From an uncultured Candidatus Saccharibacteria bacterium (lineage in GTDB: Bacteria; Patescibacteriota; Minisyncoccia; Phycocordibacterales; G965230995): a DNA stretch of 64,000 nt. A model generated the notes under the pieces. It was not told the origin of the DNA. It saw only the letters and a list, made by a program, of their open reading frames with translations, and made no database searches. The stretch lies in contig OZ246398.1 in the NCBI GenBank assembly GCA_965230995.1, positions 656,213-720,212 of the forward strand. The letters run 5' to 3'. Shown piece after piece: positions 61,132 through 64,000 of the stretch. The translations under genes were made by a program, and so were the position numbers. Position 1 is the stretch's first letter. Every line of letters starts with the position of its first letter.

Positions 61132-62661
61132 TTATCTATGTTTAGGCGTTACCCAGAATCCCATATATTTTCCAAAAAGAAGCCTAGTCTGTGCATCAAG
61201 TCCTGGTATTGCTCCGAATATTGTAATTGTAATAGGAACAAAGACCCATTGCAAAATCATAAATATCCAATCTTTTGCTTTTATGTTTTTGGGTGCCGGT
61301 GGCAGAAGCGTGATTGAAATATATGCCGAAAGGATTAGACCAATCATCGAAAGGTTCATAAGATTTCTCGTAATTATTGGTAGATTATATGACAACATTT
61401 TCGAAGAAAAATCTGCCCCACCAACAACAAGAGGTAACCATCCTAAGATAAATATAATTAGAGGGTTTGTGGCAAGTGACCAAAAACCTTCGAGCTGAAC
61501 TAAAAACATCCTGATTTTAGTAAACAAAGGTATTTTTTTATTTTTAACAAAACCCATAGCAATATATGGAATATTTTCTGAACCCCAAGCCCATCTTCGG
61601 TGTTGCTTGTAAATGTTTTTCATTGTCTTCCAAAATGACGGAGCAAGGTTGGCATCCATAGACACAGGATATGCTATCGGCACGACTTTGTAGTCACCAT
61701 CGTTTGCTAAAAACAAATTCCAGAAGATTCTAGAGTCTTCTGATACCATATTTTTTTGCCAATAGCCTATTTCGTAAAGAGATTTAAAACTTACGGAATG
61801 AGAAGAAAATGTTGCCAATTTTTCCGGTCGTTCCTGTTGTATCATCTGCCAAAATGTACTAGTCGTTGCCATCACACGAGAAATTGCTGGAGCATTCCAT
61901 ATATTATTATTATAGAGAGGAACCGGTTGGAAAGATGATTTGTGCGGATTGTCAGAAGTCAAAAAATTCCAAGTCAAACAAAGAAAATATTGTTTATAAG
62001 CAACCGTATCAATATCAAAAGCTGAAACGATTACGTCTTCATAGGGAATATTTTCTACATCGAGGATTTTTGTTTTTACCTCGTTTGCAGAAAATGAAAT
62101 GTTTGATCCTTTCCCCGGCATTTCACCAGCCACGTCTTTTGGGTGTGTCGTCAGTAGTAATTTTGAAAACGCAGTTCCAAATTCAACGTATGCTTTTTTG
62201 GCAATCAACCTTGCTTCTTCTCCGGCTCTTTCTTCTCCAGCCAGAACCACAATCATCCTGTCTTTTCTGTATTCTGTATTCAAAAGCGCCTCTAAGCTTC
62301 CTTTTACGACGTCATAACCTTCGTTATAAAAAGGCAAAATCACGACATGCCAGATATGGTCGTATTTAAAAGAAGATAACTTTGCATTCCAATCTACTTT
62401 TAGGTTGTGCCTCAGCCTCCTCCAGTTATATCTAAGGTGCATAGACATATATACAGTTTTGAGCAACCAGTAGACGTCAAAAACTATTATAAATATCGCT
62501 GCATAGAACGGTGCAAAAAACGACAAAAATATTATCAAAATAATTGTCCCCCAAGACAACAAACCAGGCAACATTTCGAATATTCTGTATAAAATCCTGT
62601 CAGATCCATACAAATCAGAAGCCCTGCCAACTGAAAAATATTTGGTATTCTTAAAATCCAT
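61132..62661 (-). CDS. processive family-2 glycosyltransferase (cellulose/chitin-synthase-like, QxxRW)
   Basis: Polytopic membrane protein with D,D,D35QxxRW-type signature (QHRRWAWG). Confidence 0.7.
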   Translation of the reverse strand: MDFKNTKYFSVGRASDLYGSDRILYRIFEMLPGLLSWGTIILIIFLSFFAPFYAAIFIIVFDVYWLLKTVYMSMHLRYNWRRLRHNLKVDWNAKLSSFKYDHIWHVVILPFYNEGYDVVKGSLEALLNTEYRKDRMIVVLAGEERAGEEARLIAKKAYVEFGTAFSKLLLTTHPKDVAGEMPGKGSNISFSANEVKTKILDVENIPYEDVIVSAFDIDTVAYKQYFLCLTWNFLTSDNPHKSSFQPVPLYNNNIWNAPAISRVMATTSTFWQMIQQERPEKLATFSSHSVSFKSLYEIGYWQKNMVSEDSRIFWNLFLANDGDYKVVPIAYPVSMDANLAPSFWKTMKNIYKQHRRWAWGSENIPYIAMGFVKNKKIPLFTKIRMFLVQLEGFWSLATNPLIIFILGWLPLVVGGADFSSKMLSYNLPIITRNLMNLSMIGLILSAYISITLLPPAPKNIKAKDWIFMILQWVFVPITITIFGAIPGLDAQTRLLFGKYMGFWVTPKHR

Positions 62662-62698
62662 TGTTCACCAATATACCATATTTATCGCCATTTTTCAA

Positions 62699-63985
62699 TT
62701 AAATTTGATCGCGTCTTGCTTTTATTCTTTTAAAATGGTCTACGAGCATTCTAAATTTTATAAGCATGACTTCGTCAGCTTTTTCTCTGTCAAATCTTTT
62801 CGTTACTCCAAATTCCGATTCATATGAATATTCCTCGATATTTCTAAGCCCCATCCCCAATGCTGTTAATTGCAACTCATAAAAGTCAAAAATATCTCTC
62901 TTTGCTTTTGTAAAAAAATCGATATCTGGTTCGTATGTTCCACGCAAAACTAAATTAACCTCTGGAAATATTTTTTTGAGATTACTAAATCTTTTCTGCC
63001 TTACTCCTTCTACGTCTTTTTTCCACTGTACTTTATCTATTTCAGTTTCTTCTGACCTCAGTCTATCTCTCTCTTTTTTCAATTCATTACCATAAACCGA
63101 GGCAACAGGGGCAACTTCGTTCAACCTTTCCATGGCTTTGTATAAATCTATATTGGACTTTTTTATTTTATTTTCTGGATCAAATTTTCTTGGCAACACT
63201 GCTGTGACATACCTTTTATCTAATACACCCTTAATACCCACTTCATCACTGTGAGTTCTAAGGAAGGCAATCTGAGAAATTGGTATATCCATAACAATTA
63301 ATCCCCCTGTTCCGTAACCAGAAGCTACATACATATCAAGTGAGGCAGAAATATAAGGTGATATACCATGCTCAGCCCAACCACCATTATGTTCTGTTTG
63401 TCTGTCCTTTATTTCTGATCTTACACTAAAACCACTCAAGACTCTGTCCTCGATTTTTTTCAGATCCACATCGAGATGATCTGCTTCGTGAGGCAGAAGA
63501 CTCGGACGAACCTTATTGTAATATGCCAACAAATTTTCATATGTTGGATTATTTGCTAGATTATCTATCTCTAGCTTAACACCTTCGAGTATTTTTGGAG
63601 TTTTTGTCCCACTTTCTGTTCTCATAGCATACGGAATTTGTTCTAAAACAGAAGCGTCCATGTGATTAATTCCTCGATATATTCTAACCATTTTTTCTGG
63701 CGACCTCTCATTCTTATTAAAGATAATTATCTCAGGGAACTGACCGCCATCTTCAACACTAACAACCCTTGTTTTTAAACCCTCTTTTAAAAATGCATCT
63801 GATAATTCTTTAGCCGTCCAATATTCTTCTCTTGGTTGTGATATTTGTGTCTCAAAAGAATGATTATCCTGTTGTTTATCTTTAGGTTTTTCTTGATCCT
63901 TACCTGCTTTGACAGTTTCTGCATACTCAGGATATCTCTCAAGCAATATTCTTTCCGCCCTTTGAGGAACCGAATTTTTTCCCAT
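62699..63985 (-). CDS. hypothetical protein (428 aa)
   Basis: Long ORF with background composition. No recognisable motif. Its 5' region approaches the window edge. Confidence 0.5.
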   Translation of the reverse strand: MGKNSVPQRAERILLERYPEYAETVKAGKDQEKPKDKQQDNHSFETQISQPREEYWTAKELSDAFLKEGLKTRVVSVEDGGQFPEIIIFNKNERSPEKMVRIYRGINHMDASVLEQIPYAMRTESGTKTPKILEGVKLEIDNLANNPTYENLLAYYNKVRPSLLPHEADHLDVDLKKIEDRVLSGFSVRSEIKDRQTEHNGGWAEHGISPYISASLDMYVASGYGTGGLIVMDIPISQIAFLRTHSDEVGIKGVLDKRYVTAVLPRKFDPENKIKKSNIDLYKAMERLNEVAPVASVYGNELKKERDRLRSEETEIDKVQWKKDVEGVRQKRFSNLKKIFPEVNLVLRGTYEPDIDFFTKAKRDIFDFYELQLTALGMGLRNIEEYSYESEFGVTKRFDREKADEVMLIKFRMLVDHFKRIKARRDQI

Positions 63986-64000
63986 ACCATCAAAATCAAA

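Overview
The window is AT-rich (roughly 33% GC) and housekeeping-dense, in the style of a reduced Patescibacteria/CPR-like genome. It carries a canonical F-type ATP synthase operon (atpZ-like, atpBEFHAGDC), gpmI-eno, typA, truB, hisS, rpoD-dnaG, rpoB-rpoC, the rpsP-khpA-trmD cluster, rnr, a short smc, rnc, a NusB-Nudix fusion, rpmF, rnhB, dnaE, a T-box-regulated thrS, gyrB, pheST and assorted small or hypothetical genes. Two observations stand out. First, five short GC-rich (about 52-58% GC) intergenic cassettes sit between housekeeping genes without disrupting any of them, each with its own promoter, terminator and one or two ORFs of unknown function. Two of them (B and C) share a 13-nt leader motif placed immediately after their predicted -10 boxes. 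Second, a tRNA-Asn(GUU) gene is interrupted in the anticodon loop by a 310-nt group I intron. It is flanked by duplicated direct and inverted fragments of the tRNA 3' end that resemble an integrase attachment scar, and by a small GIY-YIG nuclease gene. Secondary observations include a T-box leader with a UGGA bulge upstream of thrS, a UvrD helicase fused to a Cas4-like nuclease, an S16 with a low-complexity tail, and a GC-shifted non-coding segment between typA and truB. No CRISPR array, rRNA or tmRNA was found.
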